NCBI GenBank assembly: GCA_965215505.1
Contig: OZ244065.1
Coordinates: forward strand, 4,832,001 to 4,896,000
Length of the DNA stretch: 64,000 nt
Reading direction: 5' to 3'
Origin: Capsulimonadaceae bacterium
Lineage (GTDB): Bacteria; Armatimonadota; Armatimonadia; Armatimonadales; Capsulimonadaceae
Shown: positions 1-8,430 of the stretch, one piece after another
Numbering within the stretch: position 1 is the stretch's first letter
Layout: each line of letters begins with the position of its first letter
The notes under the pieces: generated by a model
The model's input: the letters and a program-made list of their open reading frames with translations, nothing else
The model's database searches: none
Told to the model about the DNA's origin: nothing
Translations under genes and position numbers: made by a program

Positions 1-132
1 AACATTGAGGGCATAAGCTTCGCCGTTTGACAGGTCGATGCGGACGTTGCAAAAGCCGTCCTCTGGATCATCGTCAATCTTAGCCTCCCAATGCTCAAAC
101 TCCAGCCAAAGTGTGAAAGGGGTTGCGTCCAT
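1..132 (-). CDS. Hypothetical protein, 5' part only (runs off the window start)
   Basis: Manual translation from ATG at 132: MDATPFTLWLEFEHWEAKIDDDPEDGFCNVRIDLSNGEAYALNV, open to position 1. A TATAAT lies upstream on the minus strand near 170-175. Not in the ORF track. Confidence 0.6.
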   Translation of the reverse strand, partial: MDATPFTLWLEFEHWEAKIDDDPEDGFCNVRIDLSNGEAYALNV

Positions 133-201
133 AGCTGCTTACACTTACGGGTAGTGAGTTCCAGCAGGGATTATACCGCAACGCCGTCCCCCTGTATGAT
201 G

Positions 202-894
202 TTACTTTCCGGGGAGGCCCAATATGCCTGCCAGTTCCCCGAGCGACCCGATCACATAACCCGGCTCCCCCGCCAGACCCTCCGGCCACGGGTGCCCACG
301 GTGCAGCCAGGCGGCTTTCATGCCCGCCGCCTGCGCGCCTAGAACGTCTACAGCGGGGTTGTCGCCGACGAACAATATCTTGTCGGGCGGGACGCCCAGA
401 TGGGACGCGGCGGCCTCGAAGATGGCGCGGGCGGGCTTCTTGCCGCCGAAGGTTTCGGACACGAACAGGCAGTCGGTGCGGCGCGTCAGCCCCAATCTCT
501 CGATCTTGCGCCCCTGGCGGGCCGATCCGTTGGTGATGACGCCGAAGGGCAGGCCGGCGGCGGCCAGGGCGTCGAGCAGGGTTTCCGTCTCGGCCTCGGG
601 GGTGATGTGGGCAATGAACTCGTCGAAGAAGACGTCAACGGACCGGGCGGGGACATCGGGCAGGGCGGGGTACAGGGCGTGAAGCCGCTCGAAGATGGCC
701 GCCTTGGAGCCGTAGCCGTCGGCGTCCATCTCGGTGATCAGGGCGCGGACGCGGCGGGCTTCGCCTGCGTCCGTCAGGCGCAGGGTGTCCCGCAGGTAGG
801 CGTCGGCCCACCGCCCGAAGGCGGCTTCTCGGTCGTACAGTGTGTTGTCCAGGTCGAACAGGACGGCATCAAAGGGGCGCGGGATTGGGGTCAT
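202..894 (-). CDS. HAD-family hydrolase (YjjG/YfnB-like)
   Basis: Motif I FDLDNTL, ITNG, KKP and motif IV VGDNPAVD. Alternative GTG start at 945 overlaps the upstream stop. Confidence 0.9.
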   Translation of the reverse strand: MTPIPRPFDAVLFDLDNTLYDREAAFGRWADAYLRDTLRLTDAGEARRVRALITEMDADGYGSKAAIFERLHALYPALPDVPARSVDVFFDEFIAHITPEAETETLLDALAAAGLPFGVITNGSARQGRKIERLGLTRRTDCLFVSETFGGKKPARAIFEAAASHLGVPPDKILFVGDNPAVDVLGAQAAGMKAAWLHRGHPWPEGLAGEPGYVIGSLGELAGILGLPGK

Positions 895-941
895 GGGCGT
901 CTTTCTCGCGGTCCAGCCCCTTGTACCCACTTGCGGGCGCA

Positions 942-1475
942 TCACCTGCCCGGCGCGATCTTACGCAGCTCGCGCCGGACCACGGCGTTGCCCGGATAGC
1001 CGTAGGCGGTGAAGCGGACGCCGCCGTCCGGGCCGATGATGACGAGGGTGGGGACGTGATGGACGCGGTAGCGGGCGGAAACCCGGCCCCCGGCGTCGAG
1101 CAGGACCGGGAACGGCACGGTGCTTCCCGTGCGGCGGGCGAACTCGGACAGCCGCGTCCCGTCCACGCTGACGGCGGCTAGGCGGAAGTTCAGCTCCTCC
1201 TGACGGCCCGCCAGCTCCTCCAGCGATGGCATCTCGGCCTTCCAGGTGTCGCACCAGAACGCCCAGAAGTTCAGTATCAGGATATGCCCTTTGTAGTCTT
1301 CCAGATGGACGGGCCGCCCCTGCACGTCCGGCAGGACGAAGGAAGGTGCTTGACTGCCGACGGGCGGCCCGTTCGGCGGCTGGGCGCGCGCTGACCCGAT
1401 GGCACACAGGAGCAGACCCAGCACCATGTAGGGGCGGGGTCCCCCCGCCCTCTTTATCCCTTCTGCTTCTTTCAT
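942..1475 (-). CDS. TlpA/ResA-like thioredoxin-fold protein, exported, with atypical CxxW active site
   Basis: APSFVLPD...LNFWAFWCDTWKAEMP...VPTLVIIGPDG and a hydrophobic signal LGLLLCAIGSARA. ATG 1475 overlaps the A2M stop (ATGA). Alternative start at 1427. Confidence 0.85.
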   Translation of the reverse strand: MKEAEGIKRAGGPRPYMVLGLLLCAIGSARAQPPNGPPVGSQAPSFVLPDVQGRPVHLEDYKGHILILNFWAFWCDTWKAEMPSLEELAGRQEELNFRLAAVSVDGTRLSEFARRTGSTVPFPVLLDAGGRVSARYRVHHVPTLVIIGPDGGVRFTAYGYPGNAVVRRELRKIAPGR

Positions 1476-4400
1476 GGCCGTTCCCCGATCTTCGCGCGGA
1501 CCAGTCCGCTGTTGCCCCGGATTTCGGGGAAGTAGGTCAAGGAGGCCAGGCCCGGCAGGACCTGGTACGCGCCCGGCGTCTCGGCGCGCAGGCGGTAGGT
1601 CAGCCGCGTGCGACCTTTGGGCAGGCTGTCGAAGAAGAAGGCCACGCGGTCGTCGCGTACCTCCTGGCGCGCGTAGCCCGCCGCCCCCTCGGACGAGTCC
1701 AGGGGGTAGCTGCCGTCCTCGTTGCCGCCGGGCGCGACCTCGCACCCGGCGGGGATGGGGTCCTCGATCTGGACATAGCGGTAGTCGGCGTCGGCGGTGA
1801 TTTCCACCTGCACGTCCATCTCGGACCCGGAAGGCTGGGTGTCTGCCTGCGACGGGTCTTCCGCCGACACGCGGTAGACGCGGCGGACGGCCAGCCCGTG
1901 GCTCTGCGGAAGGGCCTGGGCGGGCGGCAGGGTGGAGGCGACGACGCGGCTGACATAGAGGGTGCCCGACCCGGACTTGTCCACGGTGAGGACGCGATGC
2001 CCGGCAAGTTGGGCGGGCGTCAGGGTCAGCGTCAGGGGCGCGTCATACACGCTCCCGGCCGTGGCCGTCAGGCCGGGGAGCGCCGCGCCGTCGAGGGCGA
2101 CGCGGGCCGTGAAGTTGGGCGACAATTCGCCCGTCGTTCCCAGATACTTCGCCAGGGCGAGGACCGCCTCGGCGGTCGTCCGCGTCGTCCCCCAGGCGTT
2201 CCCCTGACGGTTCCCCATCAGCCAGCGCACGGCGGAAACCAGAACGGCGTCATGCGGCCGGACTGCCAGCAGGGCGCGCAGGACATGAGCGGTGACGGCG
2301 GCGTTGTCGCCGCGCCAGCTATAACCGCCCTCCTCGTCGGTCCAGAAGGCCAGGCGGCCCCGGATGGTGGCCTTGTCCGCCAGACCACGCGCGATGATCT
2401 GCGCCTGCGCCGTGCCGCCGGTCTGGGCCAGCGCGAGGCACAGCGACGCCTGCCCGTAGACGTCCAGGTGGTCCCGCTTGGCGAAGGCTTCTTGCAGGAG
2501 CTTGGCTGCGGCCTTCGGGTCCGCGTCCGAGAGGGCCAGCAGCCAGTCCGCCCGGCGGCCCATCTCCCGCTCCCCGGCCAGCAGGTGTTCCAGGCTCCCT
2601 GCCCCGCGCAAGATGCGCTGGTCATCCACCAGGTAGCCCGCGCGCCGGGCGGCGACCAGCCCGGACAGGACGTAGGCCGTCATGTCGCCGTCGGTCTGGT
2701 CGCCCTCCCACCAGTTCCAGCCGCCGTCCGCGTGCTGGTAGCGGTACAGCCGTTGCAGGCCCAGGTTGACCTGCCTGCCCAGCGCCGCCGGGGGCAGGGG
2801 CCTCGTACTGCGCTGCCCCAGGGCCTGGGCGACGGCGACATCGGGCAGGAACGAACTCATGGTCTGCTCCGCGCAGCCGTAGGGGTAGGAGGTCAGATAA
2901 TCCAGGGCGGGGAACAGCGCCGAGGCCAGGGAGGGGGACAGCGTGAGTGTGACCGTGGCATCGGGCGGTAGGGCGCTCAGGTCGAGGCTGTCATGCCCCG
3001 ACGGGTCCGCAAGTGTCGCCGCCGTCGCCGTCACCATCTTCAGGCCCGGCGCCTGGGTGGGCAGCGTCGTCTCGGTCGCGTCCTGCGCCCCCGCCCCGCC
3101 GTCCGCCGTGACCGTGAACCGGACAGGCCCCGTGACCGTCGCCCGCCAGTCCAGCCGCTCCTGCCCGCCCGCCACGATCTGCACCGTGCGCGCCGCGTCC
3201 CCCGTCACCGTCGCCCCCGAGACGCCCAGGGCGACGTGGACCGTCCGCGCCGTGCCCGAGTAGTTCTGGACGATGGCCGAGACGACGGCCTGGTCCCCCT
3301 GGATGTAGAACCGGGGCAGGGCCAGCCGGACCAGCAGGGGCATCGTCGAAACCGCCTCCGCCGTCGCGCTGCCGACCGCCGTCTGGGCCGTGACCCCGCG
3401 CGCCGTCGCCCGCCAGGTGGTCAGGTTGTCCGGCAGGGCGAACGAAACGCGCGCCGTGCCGTCGGCGTCGGTCACGACGAAGGGGTTCCAGTAGGCGGTG
3501 TCGGCGAAGTTGCGCCGGACCCGGATGGCCTCGGCGGGGGGCGGCGCTCCGGGCGCGGGCGCACGCGGCACGGTCTGGTAGGCCCCGCCGCTGTACTGAG
3601 CGGCGAACGAGAACTCCGTCTGGATTCGGACATCCTGACCGCCGTAGAAGACGCTTTCGGGGTCCGGGGCCGCGTCGGGCGCGAGGGCATAAATACTCGC
3701 GTCCACGACGCCGAGCGACAACTCGGCTGGCACGGGCCGGCCTTTGTAGTCCCGCGTGGTGACGACGTAGCCCGCCGTCTCGCCGGGGTGGTAGCTCCCC
3801 TTGTCCGAGGCCACCGTGATGGACAGCTTCTGCTCCCGGCGCACGACCGAAAGCCGCACCTGCTGTTCGTAGACCTGGTGGTCCTGGACGACGGCGACGT
3901 TGACGCTGACCGAGGGGAACTCGCGGTCCGAAAGCGGCACCCGGATCAGCGTCGAGCGCCGGGTCAGGTGCAGCCGCTCGTGACGCCCCAGCCGCTCGCC
4001 TTCCACGGTCACCAGCGCGTAGGCGTCCGGCCGGGCGGCATGGGCGGGGTCGCCGTGGTCGGCGGCGCGGGCGGGCCTTTTGACCAGGGACGTGTTCAGC
4101 AGGATCGTCGCCGTCTCCCCCGGCGCATATTCCGCCTTGCCCGCGACCAGGGCCAGCGTGGGGAATTCGGCCTCGGCGGCCTCCTCCTCCCCGGCCACCC
4201 AGACCGAGCCGTCGGCGGCGACCTTGTCGTCCTGGGCGTCGAACGCCGACGCTTCCAGGCGTAGGTCGCCCGGACGCGGCGATGAAAAAGAAACCGTCCC
4301 CACCCCCGCCGCGTCCGTGTGGATGTCGCGGGGCGTCACGACTTCCTGGGGCCGGTGCAGGCGGTCATACTTGGTTTCGATCAGCCGGACCCGGACGAAG

Positions 4401-5851
4401 GCCGGGACCGGCCTGCCGTCATAGTCCAGGCTGTGGACCGTCACCAGCACCCGCTCGCCCGCCCGGTAGACCTCCTTGTCGGTTTCCAGAGACAGCCGGA
4501 ACAGGCCCGCCGCGACCAGCGTACTGCCGCCCCCGCTCTGGCTGCGGCGGCTCAGGTCCGTGACCGTGGCGCGCACGGAGAGCGTCCGGTCTGCGGTCCG
4601 CTTCTGCGTCGCGATGTCCAGGTGCAGGTGCCCCTGCGCATCCGTGGTGCCCGACCCGTCGTAGGCCGGCTCGGCGTCCGGCCCGTCGAACTCGATGTGG
4701 TAGGCCACCGGGGCGCCGGCGACCGGCTGGCCGAAGTAGTAGCGGGCGGTGATGTCCACGGGCACCTTGGACCCGCCCAAATAGTGCGGCAGGCCGAACG
4801 CGGCGGCGACGGTCATCTCGGGCTTGCGGTAGGCTTCCACGTCGAACGCGCCGTAGTAGCGGTGTTCGCCGAGGACGACGACCGTTTGCCAGTGCCCCAG
4901 GGTCGGCTCCGAGGCGAGCTGGAAGCTGCCCGCCAGCGACCCCGCCGCGTTTGTCGTCACGGTCTGCCGGGACAGCAGGGCGTCGGTGGCGTCCCGCACC
5001 TCCACGACGACCGGCTTGCCCGCCAGCGGCTGGAGCGAGACGCCGCCCGGCACGGCGGCCGGAGTGCGCGTCCGGATGACGGCCTTGTACTGGACGGTCT
5101 GGCCGGGCCGGTAGATGGGCCGGTCGGTGACCGGGTAGACGCTGTACGGGTCCGGCGCGGGCGGCAGGGAGGCCAGGGCGAAGGCAGGGTCGCCCGCCCG
5201 CCCGCCGTAGACCCACACGGCGTCCGGCCACGGCGCGGGGAACTGGCAGACGCCGTCCGCGTCCGTCATCACTTTGCCCCGCGCTCCGCGCCCGTCGTAG
5301 ACCGTCAAGGCCAGGCCCGGCAGTGGCCGCCCCGTCTGGGCGTCCGTGGCCGACACCAATGTCTCCTGCCGGGACCGCTTCGCCAGCAGGGCGACGTCGG
5401 TGATGTCCAGCCACGTCCGCTTCTCCACACCCGGCGCGCGGGCCGCGATGAGGTAGACGCCCGGCATCAGGCGCGGCAGCGTCACCGCCCGCTCGGCCCA
5501 CTGGTCCGGGTAGGTCTTGCCGACCGGGAAGCGCCAGGAGGCGGCGACCCGCAGGCCCGCTAGGGGGAGCGCCTTCAAAGTCTTGCCGAAGTCCGTCAGC
5601 CCCGCGCTGTTCTTCACCACGGCCGGCAGGTCCATCCGGTAGGCCGTGAACTGGGCCGAGGCGATGTTGTAGGCACTGAGCCGGACCTGCACTTTTTCGC
5701 CCGGCACATACGCCCGTCGGTAGATGTAGACGTCAAGGTTCGGTTTGCTCGCCCTGTGCGGAGCGGCAGGGGCGGCGGCCCGTGCAAACGTCAGGGGCAG
5801 CAGCAGCGCGGCGAGAGTCCATCGGCGAATGGCGTGGGCGGTTTCTTTCAT
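1472..5851 (-). CDS. Bacterial alpha-2-macroglobulin family protein with thioester motif
   Basis: TDRPIYRPGQTV (MG2), VRRNFADTAYW, LPDNLTTWR, thioester YPYGCAEQ, WGTTRTTA and a C-terminal receptor-binding-like domain. Sec-type signal without an obvious lipobox. Confidence 0.95.
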   Translation of the reverse strand: MKETAHAIRRWTLAALLLPLTFARAAAPAAPHRASKPNLDVYIYRRAYVPGEKVQVRLSAYNIASAQFTAYRMDLPAVVKNSAGLTDFGKTLKALPLAGLRVAASWRFPVGKTYPDQWAERAVTLPRLMPGVYLIAARAPGVEKRTWLDITDVALLAKRSRQETLVSATDAQTGRPLPGLALTVYDGRGARGKVMTDADGVCQFPAPWPDAVWVYGGRAGDPAFALASLPPAPDPYSVYPVTDRPIYRPGQTVQYKAVIRTRTPAAVPGGVSLQPLAGKPVVVEVRDATDALLSRQTVTTNAAGSLAGSFQLASEPTLGHWQTVVVLGEHRYYGAFDVEAYRKPEMTVAAAFGLPHYLGGSKVPVDITARYYFGQPVAGAPVAYHIEFDGPDAEPAYDGSGTTDAQGHLHLDIATQKRTADRTLSVRATVTDLSRRSQSGGGSTLVAAGLFRLSLETDKEVYRAGERVLVTVHSLDYDGRPVPAFVRVRLIETKYDRLHRPQEVVTPRDIHTDAAGVGTVSFSSPRPGDLRLEASAFDAQDDKVAADGSVWVAGEEEAAEAEFPTLALVAGKAEYAPGETATILLNTSLVKRPARAADHGDPAHAARPDAYALVTVEGERLGRHERLHLTRRSTLIRVPLSDREFPSVSVNVAVVQDHQVYEQQVRLSVVRREQKLSITVASDKGSYHPGETAGYVVTTRDYKGRPVPAELSLGVVDASIYALAPDAAPDPESVFYGGQDVRIQTEFSFAAQYSGGAYQTVPRAPAPGAPPPAEAIRVRRNFADTAYWNPFVVTDADGTARVSFALPDNLTTWRATARGVTAQTAVGSATAEAVSTMPLLVRLALPRFYIQGDQAVVSAIVQNYSGTARTVHVALGVSGATVTGDAARTVQIVAGGQERLDWRATVTGPVRFTVTADGGAGAQDATETTLPTQAPGLKMVTATAATLADPSGHDSLDLSALPPDATVTLTLSPSLASALFPALDYLTSYPYGCAEQTMSSFLPDVAVAQALGQRSTRPLPPAALGRQVNLGLQRLYRYQHADGGWNWWEGDQTDGDMTAYVLSGLVAARRAGYLVDDQRILRGAGSLEHLLAGEREMGRRADWLLALSDADPKAAAKLLQEAFAKRDHLDVYGQASLCLALAQTGGTAQAQIIARGLADKATIRGRLAFWTDEEGGYSWRGDNAAVTAHVLRALLAVRPHDAVLVSAVRWLMGNRQGNAWGTTRTTAEAVLALAKYLGTTGELSPNFTARVALDGAALPGLTATAGSVYDAPLTLTLTPAQLAGHRVLTVDKSGSGTLYVSRVVASTLPPAQALPQSHGLAVRRVYRVSAEDPSQADTQPSGSEMDVQVEITADADYRYVQIEDPIPAGCEVAPGGNEDGSYPLDSSEGAAGYARQEVRDDRVAFFFDSLPKGRTRLTYRLRAETPGAYQVLPGLASLTYFPEIRGNSGLVRAKIGERP

Positions 5852-6474
5852 CGTGCGGTTTCCTTCATGCGGACATCGCGGATCGCGAACCACTGCACCG
5901 GGGCGGTCGACCCGGCCCCCGCCCGGATGCGTCCCCAGAGCGGCAGGTTCTCCCGGCGGGCGGTTTCGCCGGACAGGACCACGCCCCAGCGGTCGCCGTT
6001 CTTGACGGCCAGGCCCTCGCGCACGGGGTCCAGCCGGGCGGCATCGGCGGCCGTGATGGGGCGCGGGCGGCTGACGAAGCTGACGATCAAAGTCAGGTGG
6101 GACAGCTCGGCGGGCCGAAGCGGCGGGAAGCGGCGGTCATGCCCCGCCGCCGCGACCGCGCCGGCGATGATCTCCTCGGCGGCATCAGGCTGGGTCGGGT
6201 ACAGACTCCCCATGCAGCAGCGCGGCGACCCGTCCGCCCGCATGGCGCTGACGAACACGGCGGCCGGCTCTCGGAACAGGACGGGCAGCGGACGGGGCGG
6301 CTCGATGACCTCCCGCCGCAGGGCGTAGGCGTCGAACGCCCGGCGGGCGAGGGCGAGGGCGGCGCGCTGCGCCGCCGGGTCCGCCCAGCGCGGGTCGTCG
6401 GCCTGTCCCTGCGCCCCGGCGGGGCAGGGCAGGGCGGTCAGGACCAAGAGCAGCAGCGGTAATAGACTACGCAT
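5848..6474 (-). CDS. AMMECR1-domain protein with N-terminal signal peptide
   Basis: AVFVS...PRCCMGSL...AVAAAGHDRRFPPLRPAEL...GVVL matches the AMMECR1 pattern (canonical LRGCIG, DPRF). Signal MRSLLPLLLLVLTALPCPAGA. Confidence 0.8.
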   Translation of the reverse strand: MRSLLPLLLLVLTALPCPAGAQGQADDPRWADPAAQRAALALARRAFDAYALRREVIEPPRPLPVLFREPAAVFVSAMRADGSPRCCMGSLYPTQPDAAEEIIAGAVAAAGHDRRFPPLRPAELSHLTLIVSFVSRPRPITAADAARLDPVREGLAVKNGDRWGVVLSGETARRENLPLWGRIRAGAGSTAPVQWFAIRDVRMKETAR

Positions 6475-6480
6475 GTCGTC

Positions 6481-6509
6481 AGTATAGCACGAACCTTCAA
6501 GGTAGTCAA
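6481..6509 (-). promoter_or_regulatory. Sigma70-type promoter giving a leaderless transcript for the AMMECR1-A2M operon
   Basis: Minus strand TTGACT, 17 bp, (TGc)TATACT, 6 nt, then ATG at 6474. No Shine-Dalgarno. Confidence 0.7.
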
Positions 6510-6755
6510 CATCGCTGAGACGCGGCCCGCAAATAATTTTTCCGGCGCAGGGAGGATAACACCGTCAAGTCACCGAACAGGCAGGCAGCGCCTCGAAAAC
6601 CCTGACGCATCACGCGCCGGACCGTGTCCTAAACCTCCCGCAAAACTTTTTTCACGAAAACCGAACCGTTTCCCGCCTCGCATTCGTACTAGCACCAAAG
6701 GCACCTTCCTGTCCCGGCACTCGCCGGACCGACCTCGCTCCACCCCAACACCGCC

Positions 6756-8351
6756 ATGATCGCTTCTATTGCCAGCAAGCCAAGTGTAAGCCAGCCCGAA
6801 ACGCCCGCCGCCGTCCTGAAGGACGGGTTCGAGTGGGTTGACCTGGAAGACGTCAAGCCGAGCGAGGCCGCCCTCCGGCTCGCGCCCGGCGACTTCGCGC
6901 TCAAACAGCAGGTGCTTCCCCTTGAAATCGAGGGGGAAGTGCTGGTCGTCGCCATCGGGGCACCCGAGTCGCTGGCCGCCGCCGACGACCTGGGCGTCCT
7001 GCTGCACATGCCGACGCGCGCCGTGCTGGCCTCCCCCATACTGGTGCGGGAGAAGATCGAGGAGATCTTCCTCGAACGCATTCTGGCGGGCCTGCCCGGT
7101 CAGAACGAGGAAGGCGGGCTGTCCGCCGACATTGACGAAACCACGGACCTTGCCGACCTGCAAAAAATGGCGGGCGAAACCGCCGTGGTCCAGATGGTCA
7201 ACCTGATCTTCGCCCAGGCCGTCCGGGACGGGGCCAGCGATGTCCATGTGGAGCCTTACGAGCGCGAGGTCAAGATCCGCTACCGGGTGGACGGGATGCT
7301 GCGCGACATCATGAGTCCGCCCAAGCGGATGCACGCCGCCCTGGTCTCGCGCCTCAAGATTCTGGGCGAGATGAACATCGCGGAGCGCCGCCTGCCCCAA
7401 GACGGCCGCATCCGCATCGTCATCGCCGGGCGCAACGTGGACGTGCGCGTCTCCATCGTGCCCACCGTCTACGGCGAGCGGGCCGTCATGCGTATCCTGG
7501 ACAAAGGGACGGCGATGCTCGGCCTGGAAGAGCTTGGGATGCGCCCCGACACCCTAGAGCGGTTCCGGAGCATGATCCGCGTCCCCTACGGCGTCATCCT
7601 GGCGACCGGCCCGACCGGCTCGGGCAAGTCCACGACGCTCTATGCCGCTCTGCAAGAGATCTGGTCGGCCACGACCAACATCCTGACCATCGAGGACCCC
7701 GTCGAGTACCAGGTCAAGGGCATCGGCCAGATTCAGGTCCGGCCCCAGATCGGGCTGACCTTCGCCAACGGCCTGCGCTCCATCGTCCGCCAGGACCCGG
7801 ACATCATCATGGTCGGCGAGATCCGCGACCACGAGACGGCGGAGATCGCCATCCAGGCCGCCCTGACCGGTCACCTCGTCTTCAGCACCCTGCACACCAA
7901 CGACGCGCCCGGCGCGGTGACCCGCCTGCTGGACATGGGCGTCGAGCCGTACCTCGTCGCCTCCTCGCTCACCGGCACGGTCGCGCAGCGGCTCGTCCGG
8001 CGCGTCTGCCCCTTCTGCGCCGTGCCGTCCGCGCCCGATGCGCCTTCGTTAGAGGCGCTGGGCATCACGCCCGCCGACTGGCCCGGCGAGGTGCCCTTCC
8101 GCGAGGGGCGCGGCTGCGACAAGTGCCTGCACACCGGCTACAAGGGGCGTGTCGGCCTCTACGAGCTGTTCCTGGCCGACGAGGCGATCCGCCGCATGAC
8201 CGTGGACCGGGCCGCCTCGTCCGCCATGAAAGAACGGGCCATCAAGGACCAGGGAATGCGGACACTGCTGGGCGACGGCAAGCTCGCCGTGCTGGCCGGG
8301 AAGACGACGCCCGAGGAAGTGATGCGCGTCTGCGCGCGGGAGTCGTATTAA
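6756..8351 (+). CDS. gspE: Type II secretion ATPase GspE/PilB family
   Basis: ASDVHVEP, ERRLPQDGR, Walker A GPTGSGKS, TIEDPVE, RQDPDIIMVGEIRD, STLHTNDA and CxxC...CxxC. Confidence 0.95.
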   Translation: MIASIASKPSVSQPETPAAVLKDGFEWVDLEDVKPSEAALRLAPGDFALKQQVLPLEIEGEVLVVAIGAPESLAAADDLGVLLHMPTRAVLASPILVREKIEEIFLERILAGLPGQNEEGGLSADIDETTDLADLQKMAGETAVVQMVNLIFAQAVRDGASDVHVEPYEREVKIRYRVDGMLRDIMSPPKRMHAALVSRLKILGEMNIAERRLPQDGRIRIVIAGRNVDVRVSIVPTVYGERAVMRILDKGTAMLGLEELGMRPDTLERFRSMIRVPYGVILATGPTGSGKSTTLYAALQEIWSATTNILTIEDPVEYQVKGIGQIQVRPQIGLTFANGLRSIVRQDPDIIMVGEIRDHETAEIAIQAALTGHLVFSTLHTNDAPGAVTRLLDMGVEPYLVASSLTGTVAQRLVRRVCPFCAVPSAPDAPSLEALGITPADWPGEVPFREGRGCDKCLHTGYKGRVGLYELFLADEAIRRMTVDRAASSAMKERAIKDQGMRTLLGDGKLAVLAGKTTPEEVMRVCARESY

Positions 8352-8360
8352 GCCTCCTGC

Positions 8361-8386
8361 GTAGGGGCGAACCTCGTGTTCGCCCT
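8361..8386. repeat. GTAG-type REP palindrome between gspE and gspF
   Basis: GTAG GGGCGAAC ctcgt GTTCGCCC hairpin. Confidence 0.7.
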
Positions 8387-8430
8387 TCCTTCGACTTCGT
8401 TCCCCTCCCAGCTCGTTAGGAACCCGGCAG

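Noticed and set aside
1240-1260. Selenocysteine recoding in TlpA
   Set aside because: The codon is TGG, not TGA, so the ORF is open without recoding.
1226-5563. Several 400-580-aa plus-strand ORFs
   Set aside because: Antisense to the alpha-2-macroglobulin gene, Arg/Gly-rich and motif-free.
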